DNA of 64,000 nt from the IMG/VR virus record IMGVR_UViG_3300044859_002168, positions 25,854 to 89,853 of that record; one strand, given 5' to 3'. This stretch comes from a virus. A program made the position numbers and the translations under genes. The notes beneath the pieces were generated by a model, which was given only the letters and a program-made list of their open reading frames with translations, was not told the DNA's origin and made no database searches. Position 1 is the stretch's first letter. The number at the start of each line of letters is the position of its first letter. This document shows, one piece after another, positions 29,194 through 39,583 of this stretch.

Positions 29194-30525
29194 TTATACT
29201 TCATCATCTTGTGAGAACTTATCCCACATACCAGTTTCCATTTCAGACCAACCATTAGATTCTAATGACTTTGGTGCGGATGCTCCTGTGTCCTTGAAGT
29301 TAATGAATTCCAAGTTTTCCATTGTTCCTAAACATTCAGGTAAACTTGTTAGTTGAGGGTTACTCATAACACCTAAAATATTCAAGTTGTTCAACTGACA
29401 AATATAATCAGGTACATTATTAATACAATTTACCAACACCAAGTGTTTAAGATTTTTGAACCTTGTAATTGAAGGTGGAATATTAATGATTGTACCAGCG
29501 TTGTCTCTATTTTTAATTTTGATTTGTTCCAAACTATCAGGTAATGAATTAAACAATTCTTCTAACCCATAAAGACCAACAAATTTACCAACAGAACCTG
29601 AACCAAAACCATCAATCTTCAAATCTTTACCAGAACCTGCCGTCAAACCTTTTGCAAATTCAGGTTTGAAGTATTGTTTAAGTTCCGCCATAGGACCGTT
29701 CAATAAGTCCACCAAATTAACACTTCTATCATCTTTATCCATGAATTGATTAGAAGGGAAGTGGAATTGATACCTTTCAATAGGTAATCCTGTTTGTGGT
29801 GATATCTTAGGGTCGTTTGGATTATACACAACATATAAAGGTCCATCCTTGATGTAGTTGTTAAACCAACTCAAACCAGGTGCGGAAGTACACCATCTTG
29901 TCTCTTGTTGATTACCACCATAGAAACATGCAGCTTCTTTACCTCTTTCACCTTTATCTTCAATTTTTACGACTTTCCATGTCTCACCATCATAACTTGA
30001 GTCAGCACCAGGGTGAACAGGAAGACTCTTTCTCTCAGCCTTTGTTGTTGTCGCCAACGTTAAATCAAAGTCCTTAACTGCATCATATAATGCATCTGTA
30101 CTTAATTTATTAATATCTCTCTGTTCAACAGGAAGTCTACCCTTGAATCTATTAAACTTTTTCAAGTCATCCGTAACCTTATAAAGGTCTTCCATGAAAC
30201 GGTCTTTCATGACCTTCACTTCTTGGTCATATCCATAATCACCAAATGCACGTTCTGTTGTTGGATTTAAATATTGTTTGATTAACCATGGTGTGTATTC
30301 ACCAACTTTAACCTTTTCCAAGTCTTCTTTAGTTGCATTGTCCAAATCAACATTATTCAACCTTGATGTTGGGTCGGCATTAATAAGTTTGTAAAGCTCC
30401 TCTTTTTTCATTTTTGGAGCAATAACCTTTTCCCCTTTTTTCTTTGGTTTTACAAATTTGTCCATCAAGACTTCAAATCTTGATTGTTCTAAAATAATCT
30501 CCTTTAATACAGACGTGAATTTCAT
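29194..30525 (-). CDS. WCT-motif domain plus LRR protein, paralog B
   Basis: Same architecture; ATG at 30525 (MKFTSVLKE) follows TATTTATA at 30541-30548. Confidence 0.75.
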   Translation of the reverse strand: MKFTSVLKEIILEQSRFEVLMDKFVKPKKKGEKVIAPKMKKEELYKLINADPTSRLNNVDLDNATKEDLEKVKVGEYTPWLIKQYLNPTTERAFGDYGYDQEVKVMKDRFMEDLYKVTDDLKKFNRFKGRLPVEQRDINKLSTDALYDAVKDFDLTLATTTKAERKSLPVHPGADSSYDGETWKVVKIEDKGERGKEAACFYGGNQQETRWCTSAPGLSWFNNYIKDGPLYVVYNPNDPKISPQTGLPIERYQFHFPSNQFMDKDDRSVNLVDLLNGPMAELKQYFKPEFAKGLTAGSGKDLKIDGFGSGSVGKFVGLYGLEELFNSLPDSLEQIKIKNRDNAGTIINIPPSITRFKNLKHLVLVNCINNVPDYICQLNNLNILGVMSNPQLTSLPECLGTMENLEFINFKDTGASAPKSLESNGWSEMETGMWDKFSQDDEV

Positions 30526-30567
30526 CTTTATATGTTTATCTATAAATACACAATAACTCAAGAAATA

Positions 30568-31407
30568 TTAATAATTCATTATCAATAACTCTTCCCCCAT
30601 GTTTTGGGTCTTACCTTTCTTAGCGGCAGCTGCTTTAACAAACTCTTTTTTAACCCATCTATATTGGTCTTCAGGAAACCACTGATGTAGTAATTCAAAA
30701 TCATAATACGATAACGAAAACTTACCCGTCACATTATGTAATACGTTTGCAAGTCGTTCATGGTCCTCACGGTCAAAGTCATGATTTGAATAATAGTTCT
30801 CAGTCTTCCAATATGGTGGGTCCAAATAAATGTAGGTAGTTGGTGAATCATACTTAGTAATCACATCTGCAAAGTCCATGTTTTCAAAGTTAGTTATTCT
30901 AATAAACTTATCCAACCATTTTGGGTTGATTAGTTTGTCACGGAAGGTAAGATATTTGGACTTGTATTTACCCTTTAGGTCAATATAAGAACTTGATTCA
31001 GGTTTGGAACCACTAAAGACCTGAGTTAGAATATATGCATACTGTGCCGCTATCATATAATCAGGTGTCTTCAATTTTAAATCACTACTAAAAAGTGTTT
31101 GTTGGTAGTTCTTGAATAAAATTGGGTATAATTCAGGTGTTTTTTCAATACCAAATTCCTGACAGGGTATTGAGTTTATTGCCTTGAGTAGTTCTGTTGG
31201 GTTTTGAAGACAGTTAAATAGATTATGATTTAGTGGATTAAAATCATTATACACCACTGTCTTAAGATTTGGAAACTTACTCAAATCCATATTATAAAAA
31301 CACCAAAACATTCCTCCGAATGTTTCTACATAGGTTTCCATGTCCTGTGGGTACTCCCCAACAATCCATTTACCTATCTTACTTTTTCCACCAATATATG
31401 ATAACAT
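30568..31407 (-). CDS. Dam/D12-class DNA adenine methyltransferase
   Basis: YIGGKS, YVETFGG, VYNDFN, YLDPPY, ELLIMNY. Confidence 0.9.
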   Translation of the reverse strand: MLSYIGGKSKIGKWIVGEYPQDMETYVETFGGMFWCFYNMDLSKFPNLKTVVYNDFNPLNHNLFNCLQNPTELLKAINSIPCQEFGIEKTPELYPILFKNYQQTLFSSDLKLKTPDYMIAAQYAYILTQVFSGSKPESSSYIDLKGKYKSKYLTFRDKLINPKWLDKFIRITNFENMDFADVITKYDSPTTYIYLDPPYWKTENYYSNHDFDREDHERLANVLHNVTGKFSLSYYDFELLHQWFPEDQYRWVKKEFVKAAAAKKGKTQNMGEELLIMNY

Positions 31408-31577
31408 ATTTTAAAATATAAGAGATTTATTACTTTAATACAAATGTAGGTCATAATCACAACAAAGCAAGTTTCCAATGTTAAATTTTTCATCTGACTT
31501 GTCTTATGTGTGGTAAATGTTATATTTATGTTAAGAGAGTGTTAACACTTTCCATAAACCACAAACAATATTTACAT

Positions 31578-31811
31578 ATGAAAAAGTTATTTTTGGTTTT
31601 GATGATGGGATTAATTATGTTACCATCATTCGCTCAGGACGGGAAAGGAAAGAAGAAACACAGAAGAAACAACAATACAGAAGTTGTATCAGAAGTGCGA
31701 CCAATTCACAGAGAACGTTGGGTTGAAAAAGATGGTGATAATTACGTGATAGTTTCACGAACAACCATTACTAAATCGGATTATTTAAAGATAAGAAACG
31801 CTCCAAGGTAA
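31578..31811 (+). CDS. small secreted protein
   Basis: MKKLFLVLMMGLIMLPSFA|QD signal peptide with Gln at +1. Confidence 0.7.
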   Translation: MKKLFLVLMMGLIMLPSFAQDGKGKKKHRRNNNTEVVSEVRPIHRERWVEKDGDNYVIVSRTTITKSDYLKIRNAPR

Positions 31812-32699
31812 TTACTTGTAGCAATTCTTGTAGGGTCTACAAGAAGCTTTTTGACTAAACCCCATGGAACCACATGGGGTTTTTTCACAATATGACTTAT
31901 CATACTTTCTTGGTTTCTTGAACTTACTTTCTTCTTTAAGTTCATCACCAGACTTATAATTTTTAATATCTGTAGCAATTTCAATTACGGTTGAATATAA
32001 CATCTTAAGGAATTCCCCCCACATTTCAGGGTTATTTGCCTTGAGAAGCATTAAAACTTGAATTACATGTGGTAACTCCTCACCTAAAGATTCTGATGAA
32101 ATATCTAACAGAACATTTTTAGCAGTCTCGTCAGCTTCACCTTCAACAGCAAAATATTTCACTAAAGATTTTAAACTGTTCAATATTTCTTCCTTTGTTT
32201 TAACACCTAAAAGACTTTTATACTCATTGACAATCCCTTCTAAAATTTCGTTGGTGTATGCCCTGAATTCAAAGTCGTGCCCCCAATATTCATCACTACC
32301 AGCACTTTTATATTTCTCTATTTGTTTAGGGTTTAAATAAAGAGTTGTGTTCAAATCAATCATGTGTTGAATTTCGTGATAGATTACATTGTATAGGGAC
32401 TTCTTATTTGGTATTAAAACTTTATCAGGATTGACAATCATAAAAAGATTATCCAAAGAACGTGGTTTGGTTTGGTCTTGTTGGAAAACAGCACCCTGTT
32501 CACTAAAGTCACTTAAATAATATACCGGTATATCAAACTCAGCACCTGATGGGTCATTGACATAAATCGTACCTTTCAACGGATTTTCATCATCCAAGTC
32601 TTCATAGTCTTTCCAAATAACATCAATAACATTTTTGATGTCGGATATGGTTCTTTGATTTAACTTAACTCTTTTGGAACCCTCGTTGATTGTTTTCAT
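31812..32699 (-). CDS. HExxH zincin-like protein with Cys-rich C-terminal motif
   Basis: YHEIQH...EFRAY; tail YCEKTPCGSMGFSQKASCRPYKNCYK. Confidence 0.6.
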   Translation of the reverse strand: MKTINEGSKRVKLNQRTISDIKNVIDVIWKDYEDLDDENPLKGTIYVNDPSGAEFDIPVYYLSDFSEQGAVFQQDQTKPRSLDNLFMIVNPDKVLIPNKKSLYNVIYHEIQHMIDLNTTLYLNPKQIEKYKSAGSDEYWGHDFEFRAYTNEILEGIVNEYKSLLGVKTKEEILNSLKSLVKYFAVEGEADETAKNVLLDISSESLGEELPHVIQVLMLLKANNPEMWGEFLKMLYSTVIEIATDIKNYKSGDELKEESKFKKPRKYDKSYCEKTPCGSMGFSQKASCRPYKNCYK

Positions 32700-32715
32700 A
32701 CAATCATAAATACCC

Positions 32716-33642
32716 TCAATTAGATTTCAAATCAGATTTGTTGAACTTAACTCTTAATTTAACATACATATCCCCTGTTGGATAACCTTTCCCTTTAAGT
32801 CTTAAAGGTTTGTTTGTATCAAATTCATTTGGTGACGGAATTTTAATATCACCATCAGGGTGTGGGATATGATATACATCATTTTTAAGCTCATCATAAT
32901 TGAACTCTAAATTATAAATCAAATCATTACCCATCTTTTGAAACTCTTTTGTATTGTCCATAACCACTTGAATTATCAAATCACCATAGAAACCATATGA
33001 GAAATCACCCTTTTGAGAAATGCGTAGGAACTGCCCATCATCAACATTCTTTGGGATAGTAATTTTTATGGTTTCAAATTTTGGTTTGGTACCTACACCA
33101 CTACATGAATTACAATATTTTGTTAGAATTGAACCTGTTGCGCCACAGTGTCCACATCCACGTCTAACAACTTGTTGTAAGAATCCTGAACCCATGACTT
33201 GAGTAGTGAATCCTTGACCTTGACAGTGATGACAAGTGACTCTATCACCACCATTACCCCCACAATCACCACACGGATGGTTTCGTTGGAAGTTTAAGTC
33301 TTTATCCATACCCTTATATGAATCTATCGGTGTGACGTTTAGTTTGACAATCTTATCGGCATTTTTTCTCGGACCTTGTGGTCTTTGACCCCCACTAAAC
33401 ATGTTTTTAAAGAAATCCTCAAATTCAGTTCCATTAAATGGGTTGTTTTTTTGGCTTAAGTAGTTATTCTTTTTAGTGGGGTCTGAAAGAACGTCGTAGG
33501 CTTCGGCTATTTCACGAAATTTTTCACCACCCTCAGGATTAACATCAGGATGGTATTGTTTAGACAATTTTCTATAAGCACGTTTAAGTTCTTCATCAGT
33601 GGCATTTTCCTGTACGCCTAATATTTCATAGTAATCTTTCAT
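32716..33642 (-). CDS. dnaJ: DnaJ chaperone
   Basis: [12 protein letters not shown], four CxxCxGxG, C-terminal domain. Confidence 0.92.
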   Translation of the reverse strand: MKDYYEILGVQENATDEELKRAYRKLSKQYHPDVNPEGGEKFREIAEAYDVLSDPTKKNNYLSQKNNPFNGTEFEDFFKNMFSGGQRPQGPRKNADKIVKLNVTPIDSYKGMDKDLNFQRNHPCGDCGGNGGDRVTCHHCQGQGFTTQVMGSGFLQQVVRRGCGHCGATGSILTKYCNSCSGVGTKPKFETIKITIPKNVDDGQFLRISQKGDFSYGFYGDLIIQVVMDNTKEFQKMGNDLIYNLEFNYDELKNDVYHIPHPDGDIKIPSPNEFDTNKPLRLKGKGYPTGDMYVKLRVKFNKSDLKSN

Positions 33643-34288
33643 GTTAGTAAATCCAAAGTATCAAATAGTTCTTTTCAAAGATAAGGTTAAAAAAAAGATA
33701 ATAAAGAAGTTTAACAATTTCAAAAATTGTGAAAACTTTTTTAATTTATTAATGGAAGAATCTGACAAAGTTATCTTCCCAAAACAAATTGAAGGTACTG
33801 TTGAATGTAAATTTGAATTGGGTATCCTACAAGATGGTTACAAGTCTGATATTCCACAATACACCACCGATGAATTTGGTAGAAATGTTAAAATACAATT
33901 GATTGATAATAAATGGGGACTAATTAAGGTGTCCGTATACAATCAAGAAGAAACGATTTACGACATTAAAAACAAAAAGAAGGTTACAGTAGCTCAATTA
34001 ATTTCAAAACATCTAAATGGTGACGGTCTAAAAATGATTAACTCACTACACAATAAAGTTATCATACAAAAAGATGATAATTTTTCAGTATTCACAACTA
34101 AGTCACCATCTGAGACATCAAGATTACTTGATTGTCTTACCGAACACTTTATAAATTCGCAAAAGAAAGACTGTCTTATTGTAAAAGACACATCAACGGC
34201 TCAGAAAAAATACTTAATAGATTTTTTAAATAGTAATGGGTTTGATAAAAAACTACTTTACAGACAATACACTACTTTTCCTCGGTAG
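33641..34288 (+). CDS. hypothetical protein
   Basis: 215 aa ORF divergent from dnaJ. Confidence 0.75.
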   Translation: MLVNPKYQIVLFKDKVKKKIIKKFNNFKNCENFFNLLMEESDKVIFPKQIEGTVECKFELGILQDGYKSDIPQYTTDEFGRNVKIQLIDNKWGLIKVSVYNQEETIYDIKNKKKVTVAQLISKHLNGDGLKMINSLHNKVIIQKDDNFSVFTTKSPSETSRLLDCLTEHFINSQKKDCLIVKDTSTAQKKYLIDFLNSNGFDKKLLYRQYTTFPR

Positions 34289-34559
34289 GTTCCTCAGGAG
34301 CTTCTTCAGAAACTTCCTTAGGAGTTTCCTCAACCTCTTTTTTCAACATGAAGTAAAACTCAACACCTGAGATATCAATCAAGAACTGTTTGTGATGTCT
34401 ATCAATCTCCCTGAAATGACCTATGATTTTGTCGTATTCAGGTTTATCTAATTCAAAAACCATCATCCTATCATAATTTGGGAATAGGTCATTGATTGCG
34501 TCAGATAACAACGCTAATTTTTCTAATTCCCCCAAAGGAGCTTCTGTATTCTTTTCCAT
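34272..34559 (-). CDS. hypothetical protein
   Basis: ORF in an operon. Confidence 0.7.
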   Translation of the reverse strand: MEKNTEAPLGELEKLALLSDAINDLFPNYDRMMVFELDKPEYDKIIGHFREIDRHHKQFLIDISGVEFYFMLKKEVEETPKEVSEEAPEEPTEEK

Positions 34560-34705
34560 ATTGAATTTTTCGGTTTTTGAAATAAATCAGTTTTTTTCAT
34601 TTGAATGAGTTGTTGAGTAAATCTTTCCTTTTCCCTCATCAACTCAGCTTGGTCTTTTTGTTTTTCCTTATTCAGCCAGTCCAATAGTCTCTCCCTGTGG
34701 TTCAT
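34523..34705 (-). CDS. hypothetical protein
   Basis: ATG at 34705 (MNHRERLL). Confidence 0.6.
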   Translation of the reverse strand: MNHRERLLDWLNKEKQKDQAELMREKERFTQQLIQMKKTDLFQKPKNSIWKRIQKLLWGN

Positions 34706-35096
34706 CTGTCTCAACATTTAAATTCGCAGTTTCATCAAAACCAATTGAAAGATTTTGTAAATGTTTTAAATCAGTTTTTTCAAACGTCTTTTTTAACTCT
34801 GCAACTACATTATGAAATAGTCTTTCTTTTTCTTCCCTTTCTCGGTTCAACTTAATCACCTTGAGAATCATCTCAACGTTTTTCTGAACAGTCTTTTCAT
34901 CAAACTCACAAACAAAACTCATTCCTCTCCAACCTTCTTCCTTATAATCAAAAGGAACTACTTGAAATTCTGTTGTAGTACTCTTTGGCATTGACCAGTT
35001 AGCAGGAAATTTAACATCCAAACTAATATGGGTCTCAAGTCGTCTTATTGCGACGAAAAAATTTTCAAACTGATTTAATACTGTATAAAGTGTCAT
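34668..35096 (-). CDS. hypothetical protein
   Basis: 142 aa ORF. Confidence 0.7.
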   Translation of the reverse strand: MTLYTVLNQFENFFVAIRRLETHISLDVKFPANWSMPKSTTTEFQVVPFDYKEEGWRGMSFVCEFDEKTVQKNVEMILKVIKLNREREEKERLFHNVVAELKKTFEKTDLKHLQNLSIGFDETANLNVETDEPQGETIGLAE

Positions 35097-35272
35097 GTCC
35101 TAATAATATAAGTGATAATATAACTCAAGGAAAGTCCAAAAAACAAAAGGTCCCTACTGGAGAAATCAATTTCTTTCCCCAATAGGGTACCTATGAGTTT
35201 AATGAAATTTTTGAATAGGACCAACAAAGAAAAAATAAAAATAAATAAGAACAGTGTGTCCGTATTAAACAT
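35093..35272 (-). CDS. small two-TM membrane protein (59 aa; not in the ORF track)
   Basis: MFNTDTLFLFIFIFSLLVLFKNFIKLIGTLLGKEIDFSSRDLLFFGLSLSYIITYIIRT; coupled to both neighbours. Confidence 0.7.
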   Translation of the reverse strand: MFNTDTLFLFIFIFSLLVLFKNFIKLIGTLLGKEIDFSSRDLLFFGLSLSYIITYIIRT

Positions 35273-35273
35273 A

Positions 35274-35447
35274 TTAGTCTTTTTTTGAATGTTCCAAAAT
35301 TTCAGCTCTCAATTGTTGCAGTAAACTCTTAAGTTCTTGAGCAGATTTACGAGCTCTTGTACCAGCGCTCTTGTTACCTTTGTAGAACTTTTCTGAATCA
35401 ACAGATAGAGTTTCACAAGCTTCCTTAATTTTTTGTAATGTTTCCAT
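35274..35447 (-). CDS. histone H1-like Hc1 family protein (57 aa; not in the ORF track)
   Basis: METLQKIKEACETLSVDSEKFYKGNKSAGTRARKSAQELKSLLQQLRAEILEHSKKD; GNKxAGTRARK signature. Confidence 0.85.
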   Translation of the reverse strand: METLQKIKEACETLSVDSEKFYKGNKSAGTRARKSAQELKSLLQQLRAEILEHSKKD

Positions 35448-35505
35448 AAATTATTTTAAATTATTTTAAATTAAAAATAGTGGATTATGTTCTCTCGTCA
35501 ATAGA

Positions 35506-35973
35506 TTAACCAACATGAATTACTTTATTTTGTAATGTTTTGTATAATTCGGTTAAAATATCTAAATCAGATTTTGCGAACGGTTTATTTAAATCAAACA
35601 ACTCCTCAATAAATTCAGGAATTGCCTCCCGATAATCAATTTGAGATTGTGAGTAAAAACTATCGTGAAAGAAATTCCACAAATATTCTTTGTGTTCACC
35701 ATCGGAGTCAATTAATATATTTTCTTTTTCATAATCTTTTATCATTTTACTCCAACACCAATCAAAATGGTTCTTCTTATCGTGGCTGGATAATATTACT
35801 TTAGTTTCGTGACTTTCCTCACCAAAATAAGTATCAATTATTAAAATCGCCAAAGAATTGAATATATCACCAAAGAGTTCAACTCTTTCTGGTATGATGT
35901 TATGCACACTGAACCATATATCAACTTCACTGAATGGGAGTGGCTTGGACATCCAATTATAAAAATTCTCCAT
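35506..35973 (-). CDS. hypothetical protein
   Basis: 155 aa ORF. Confidence 0.75.
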   Translation of the reverse strand: MENFYNWMSKPLPFSEVDIWFSVHNIIPERVELFGDIFNSLAILIIDTYFGEESHETKVILSSHDKKNHFDWCWSKMIKDYEKENILIDSDGEHKEYLWNFFHDSFYSQSQIDYREAIPEFIEELFDLNKPFAKSDLDILTELYKTLQNKVIHVG

Positions 35974-36018
35974 AGGGTCTCTATGGAGAATTTAATATAA
36001 AATTAAAATTATTAAAGA

Positions 36019-37833
36019 TTATTGAGTTTTTTGGTTGTATCCAACGATATTCATCATTCTTGAAATCTGCTCATTCATAAGATTTGTTTTCTTATCTTCT
36101 TTAGATTCCAATTGTTTGAAAATCTTTTCGGATTTTTGAGAACCCTTTTTCAACTTCAAATCACCATCTTCAGTTGCTTCACCAGCTTGGTCTACAGGTT
36201 GAGGATATCTCTTATAAGATGCGTTCATTTGTTCTGCGCCATATACGTTATCCTTGAAGTTTTTATACATTTTTTCACCAAGTTCAGATGATACAACATT
36301 ACCTAAGTCGTTACCGTCTTTATCTTTTGTTGCGTTTCCTGTTTTTGAAGAACCTTTCAAGTTAGCTTCAATCCACTCATCATTTGGTTTGATTTCATCA
36401 TAAACCAAATTTGTTTGACCAGGGTAAGCAAACGCATCAATATACTCTTCAACAGCATCTGAAGGTTTGTAAGCCTTCTTGTCCATCTCTTTCATTTCAC
36501 CGTTACCTTTTGGGAAATGTTTAGGTTCTGTGGTGTATCCTTCAACATTACTATCTTTAGACCATTTTTCAAGTTTTTCCTTAGTCGCCTTTAAACTCTC
36601 TTGGTTTGTATTTTTGTTTTGTTTAGATACTTTCTTTAAGTCAGTTTGAGCAGCAATTTTGTTTTGTTCCATAACAAGTCTTTCAATTAATTCAATAACT
36701 TCAGATTCTGTCATTTGAACACTCTCGTGTTTAGCTCCCTTGAATCCTCCGATGTTTTTAGCAAAATTAGCCATCTTAACAACTTTACTGTCATCTGACT
36801 TCATTGCTTTATCAATACATTTTTTAGTAACTTCACCATCTTTATCCAAACCTTCTTTTTTACACCAATCACCGAATTTACCTGAAGTACCTTTCTTTTC
36901 CATTTTCTTGGTTGCTTTTTGAATGAACTTTTCTTCTTTCTTTTCTTCACCAATCCACATGTGTGACGCATACTCATCATCCTCAAATTCGTCAAAGTCA
37001 TCATGTTTCTTCATATCAACCTTCATTTCTTCTTTATCTTTCTTTGGGAATAATCTCGTATTTCTTTTTAGAGCATCTTTAACAAATTTAGATAAGAAAT
37101 CGTGGTCATCACTTTTCTCAGGGAAAACCTGACCTTCTTTAACTTCATAAGTTTTACCGTCAACTTCAAAAGAGGATTTACCTTCTTCTTTAGCTTTTGC
37201 TAACGCTCCTGAAAATGCGTTACCTTCTTCAGTTTCTCCTTGTTCTTCCATTCTTTTTTTACGTAATTTCAATGGTCCCCATTTGTCACGATATGCGTTA
37301 AATATTCTTCTACCACTATCACTTTGGTCTCCACTTTGAAACCACCTTTGATTGCCAGCCTTTTCAGTAAATGAATCATAATCATCAAACTCTTCCTCGT
37401 CATAATCAAAATCAAAACCACCAGTGTACTCTCTATCCCTTTCATCAGTCCAATACTCTTTATCACCTCTGTTTTGACCTAAAAATTTACTTTCATTGAA
37501 TTCTTTAGCAACTTTCTTTTCGTAATTGTATCCTACATTTTTAACCTTACCTACTTTTTTAGGACTGTCTGTTGAGAAATCTCCATAAGGTTCAACTTTT
37601 TCAATTTGGTCGTCACCCATAGTGTATTCTTTCATGTCTTTTTTAGTTCTTAATTTTTTGAAGTCAGCGGCGGTAATTTTACCTTTTGGCTCTGCAACAT
37701 CAATTTTGTGTTGTTTACCATGTAACTTAGATTTTTTTTCAATCTCAGATACAAGATTGTCAACTTTTTTATTTAAAGTTTCATCAAGGACTTGTTTTAC
37801 AACTTTATCCAAATATTTTTCAAATCTATCCAT
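36019..37833 (-). CDS. large charged protein, putative internal head/scaffold-type
   Basis: K/E-rich with many x-x-E sites; TATTTATA at 37850-37857. Confidence 0.6.
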   Translation of the reverse strand: MDRFEKYLDKVVKQVLDETLNKKVDNLVSEIEKKSKLHGKQHKIDVAEPKGKITAADFKKLRTKKDMKEYTMGDDQIEKVEPYGDFSTDSPKKVGKVKNVGYNYEKKVAKEFNESKFLGQNRGDKEYWTDERDREYTGGFDFDYDEEEFDDYDSFTEKAGNQRWFQSGDQSDSGRRIFNAYRDKWGPLKLRKKRMEEQGETEEGNAFSGALAKAKEEGKSSFEVDGKTYEVKEGQVFPEKSDDHDFLSKFVKDALKRNTRLFPKKDKEEMKVDMKKHDDFDEFEDDEYASHMWIGEEKKEEKFIQKATKKMEKKGTSGKFGDWCKKEGLDKDGEVTKKCIDKAMKSDDSKVVKMANFAKNIGGFKGAKHESVQMTESEVIELIERLVMEQNKIAAQTDLKKVSKQNKNTNQESLKATKEKLEKWSKDSNVEGYTTEPKHFPKGNGEMKEMDKKAYKPSDAVEEYIDAFAYPGQTNLVYDEIKPNDEWIEANLKGSSKTGNATKDKDGNDLGNVVSSELGEKMYKNFKDNVYGAEQMNASYKRYPQPVDQAGEATEDGDLKLKKGSQKSEKIFKQLESKEDKKTNLMNEQISRMMNIVGYNQKTQ

Positions 37834-37875
37834 AACGGTCGTTTTAATCTATAAATATCTAAACTTATAGAATGA

Positions 37876-38616
37876 TTACTTTTTCTTCTTTTTAAAATGA
37901 TTATAAAGAATCCTTTTTATTATTTGTTCTTCAACACCCAATCTTGTACTCACATTTTTAATTGCCTCATCTAAAGATGACTTATTTTTGTAAACAACAG
38001 CACCAGCCCCTTGATTACAATATGGGAATGTTAAACACTTCTTTTTAACTTGAGCGAACTTGCCACCTTTGTAAATTGGTTTTTTACCACCTCTCCAATT
38101 CTTATCGTTTTTAGCAACAAATGCCGGTGTGGAATATTGACCTGAAGACGCTGTGGTGGTCGCTTCTGTAGCTTCAATTTTCTTTAAATTATCGTAATAA
38201 TTTGGGTCTTCAAAAAGATGGTCTTTAGCAATTTCCATCGCAAAATCAACACTATTGGTGTGTTCCATTTCAACTTTGATACCTTTCATCAATTGACTCT
38301 TCAAATGTTTTAACATATCGTCAATATGGTTATACCCTTTCTTGTCGTGTTTTTTTGCAATGTCTTTTAATGTTTTGTTTTTTGAAAGACCTCCAGGTAT
38401 TTTCTCCTCTTCTTTAGTTTCTTCCTTGGTGAATAATGGTGATGAAAATGCTCCCGCAGAAGCGGCTCCTGTAGCTTCAGTGGTTTCCTCATTTTCAGTC
38501 ATTTCATCAGAATACTTATCTAAATCTGACACAACATCAATATCTTTTGATATTGTCGGGTCGTTTATGTAAGCCTTTTCAAGACTCTGTTTGAATAAAT
38601 TAGATGATGATTTCAT
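37876..38616 (-). CDS. DUF5661-like domain protein
   Basis: GIKVEMEHT...EIAKDHL.EDPNYY. Confidence 0.7.
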   Translation of the reverse strand: MKSSSNLFKQSLEKAYINDPTISKDIDVVSDLDKYSDEMTENEETTEATGAASAGAFSSPLFTKEETKEEEKIPGGLSKNKTLKDIAKKHDKKGYNHIDDMLKHLKSQLMKGIKVEMEHTNSVDFAMEIAKDHLFEDPNYYDNLKKIEATEATTTASSGQYSTPAFVAKNDKNWRGGKKPIYKGGKFAQVKKKCLTFPYCNQGAGAVVYKNKSSLDEAIKNVSTRLGVEEQIIKRILYNHFKKKKK

Positions 38617-38620
38617 TTGA

Positions 38621-38866
38621 TTATGCGTTCTTTAATCTTGGCTCCCAATAACTTCTATTCATCCACATAAATTGATAGAATTCTCGGAACATTCTAAGTG
38701 TAATATCTTTAATATCACCCTCAAGTTTACCTCGTTTAATTTCTTTAGCAATCTTATCAATTAACTTATCTTCAAATTGTTTTAATGTATTACTCTCCAA
38801 GAAACTTTTCATCTCTTTTCTAATTAATACTTCAACTTCTTTTACCTCTGAACTAGTTAGTGCCAT
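38621..38866 (-). CDS. hypothetical protein
   Basis: 81 aa ORF. Confidence 0.7.
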   Translation of the reverse strand: MALTSSEVKEVEVLIRKEMKSFLESNTLKQFEDKLIDKIAKEIKRGKLEGDIKDITLRMFREFYQFMWMNRSYWEPRLKNA

Positions 38867-38868
38867 AG

Positions 38869-39300
38869 TTATTTTGTTATGTATAAATAGGTTAATGTAC
38901 CAATTAAAACTCCTGAAATTATATTAGTGAAAGTTCTTTTAGCTTTAATTCTCTTTAATTCTTTTTGGGTAAACTTGAGTTCTTTTTGATAAATCTCTAT
39001 TTTCTTTCTTTCGTCTGATATAATCAAATTGTAATTCTCTTCTTTCAACTTCATTTTATCAATTACAGAATCTTTTAAAGAAACCATGTTCTCAAGTTCA
39101 ATAATATGTTGATTAGACATTTTCAATTGAGCAAATGCTGAATCCCCCCTCAATAAATCAATCACTATTTGTTTTGCCACAGGGACTGACAAAACTATCT
39201 TTTGTGTATCAGTATAACTCTTTGTAACGGTCTGCGAAAAACATGTCGAGCTCAACATGACCATACTTAGAAGCATCACTAATTTTTTTACTAAACTCAT
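38869..39300 (-). CDS. exported coiled-coil protein with C-terminal TM (spanin-like)
   Basis: Signal peptide (CFS|QT), coiled coil, C-terminal TM; overlaps the next gene. Confidence 0.55.
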   Translation of the reverse strand: MSLVKKLVMLLSMVMLSSTCFSQTVTKSYTDTQKIVLSVPVAKQIVIDLLRGDSAFAQLKMSNQHIIELENMVSLKDSVIDKMKLKEENYNLIISDERKKIEIYQKELKFTQKELKRIKAKRTFTNIISGVLIGTLTYLYITK

Positions 39301-39583
39301 TTCCTACTTGGGTTTTTGTTTCTTTTATGGTTTCAACTCTTGTCTCCACTACCTTTATTTCTTCATTTACTTTATCAATGTCTGATTGAATTAGTTGTTG
39401 GTTAAACTCAACCATTTCTATATGGGACTGTAAAGAATCAAGTTCTCTTTTACTTTCTTTTGATATCTTAACTACTGTTGTTATTTGTATCAAATACCAA
39501 AGTATCACTAAAACAAGAATAACCTTGAGAACATTTTTCAAGGTTAAATCTTTTTTATCAAATATTTGATTAGGACTAATCAT
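39209..39583 (-). CDS. N-terminal TM plus coiled-coil protein (i-spanin-like)
   Basis: VILVLVILWYLI TM, then heptads; near the amidase. Confidence 0.55.
   Translation of the reverse strand: MISPNQIFDKKDLTLKNVLKVILVLVILWYLIQITTVVKISKESKRELDSLQSHIEMVEFNQQLIQSDIDKVNEEIKVVETRVETIKETKTQVGNEFSKKISDASKYGHVELDMFFADRYKELY

Noticed and set aside
9052-31407. Restriction-modification system
   Set aside because: No adjacent endonuclease is recognisable for either methyltransferase, so both are treated as orphans
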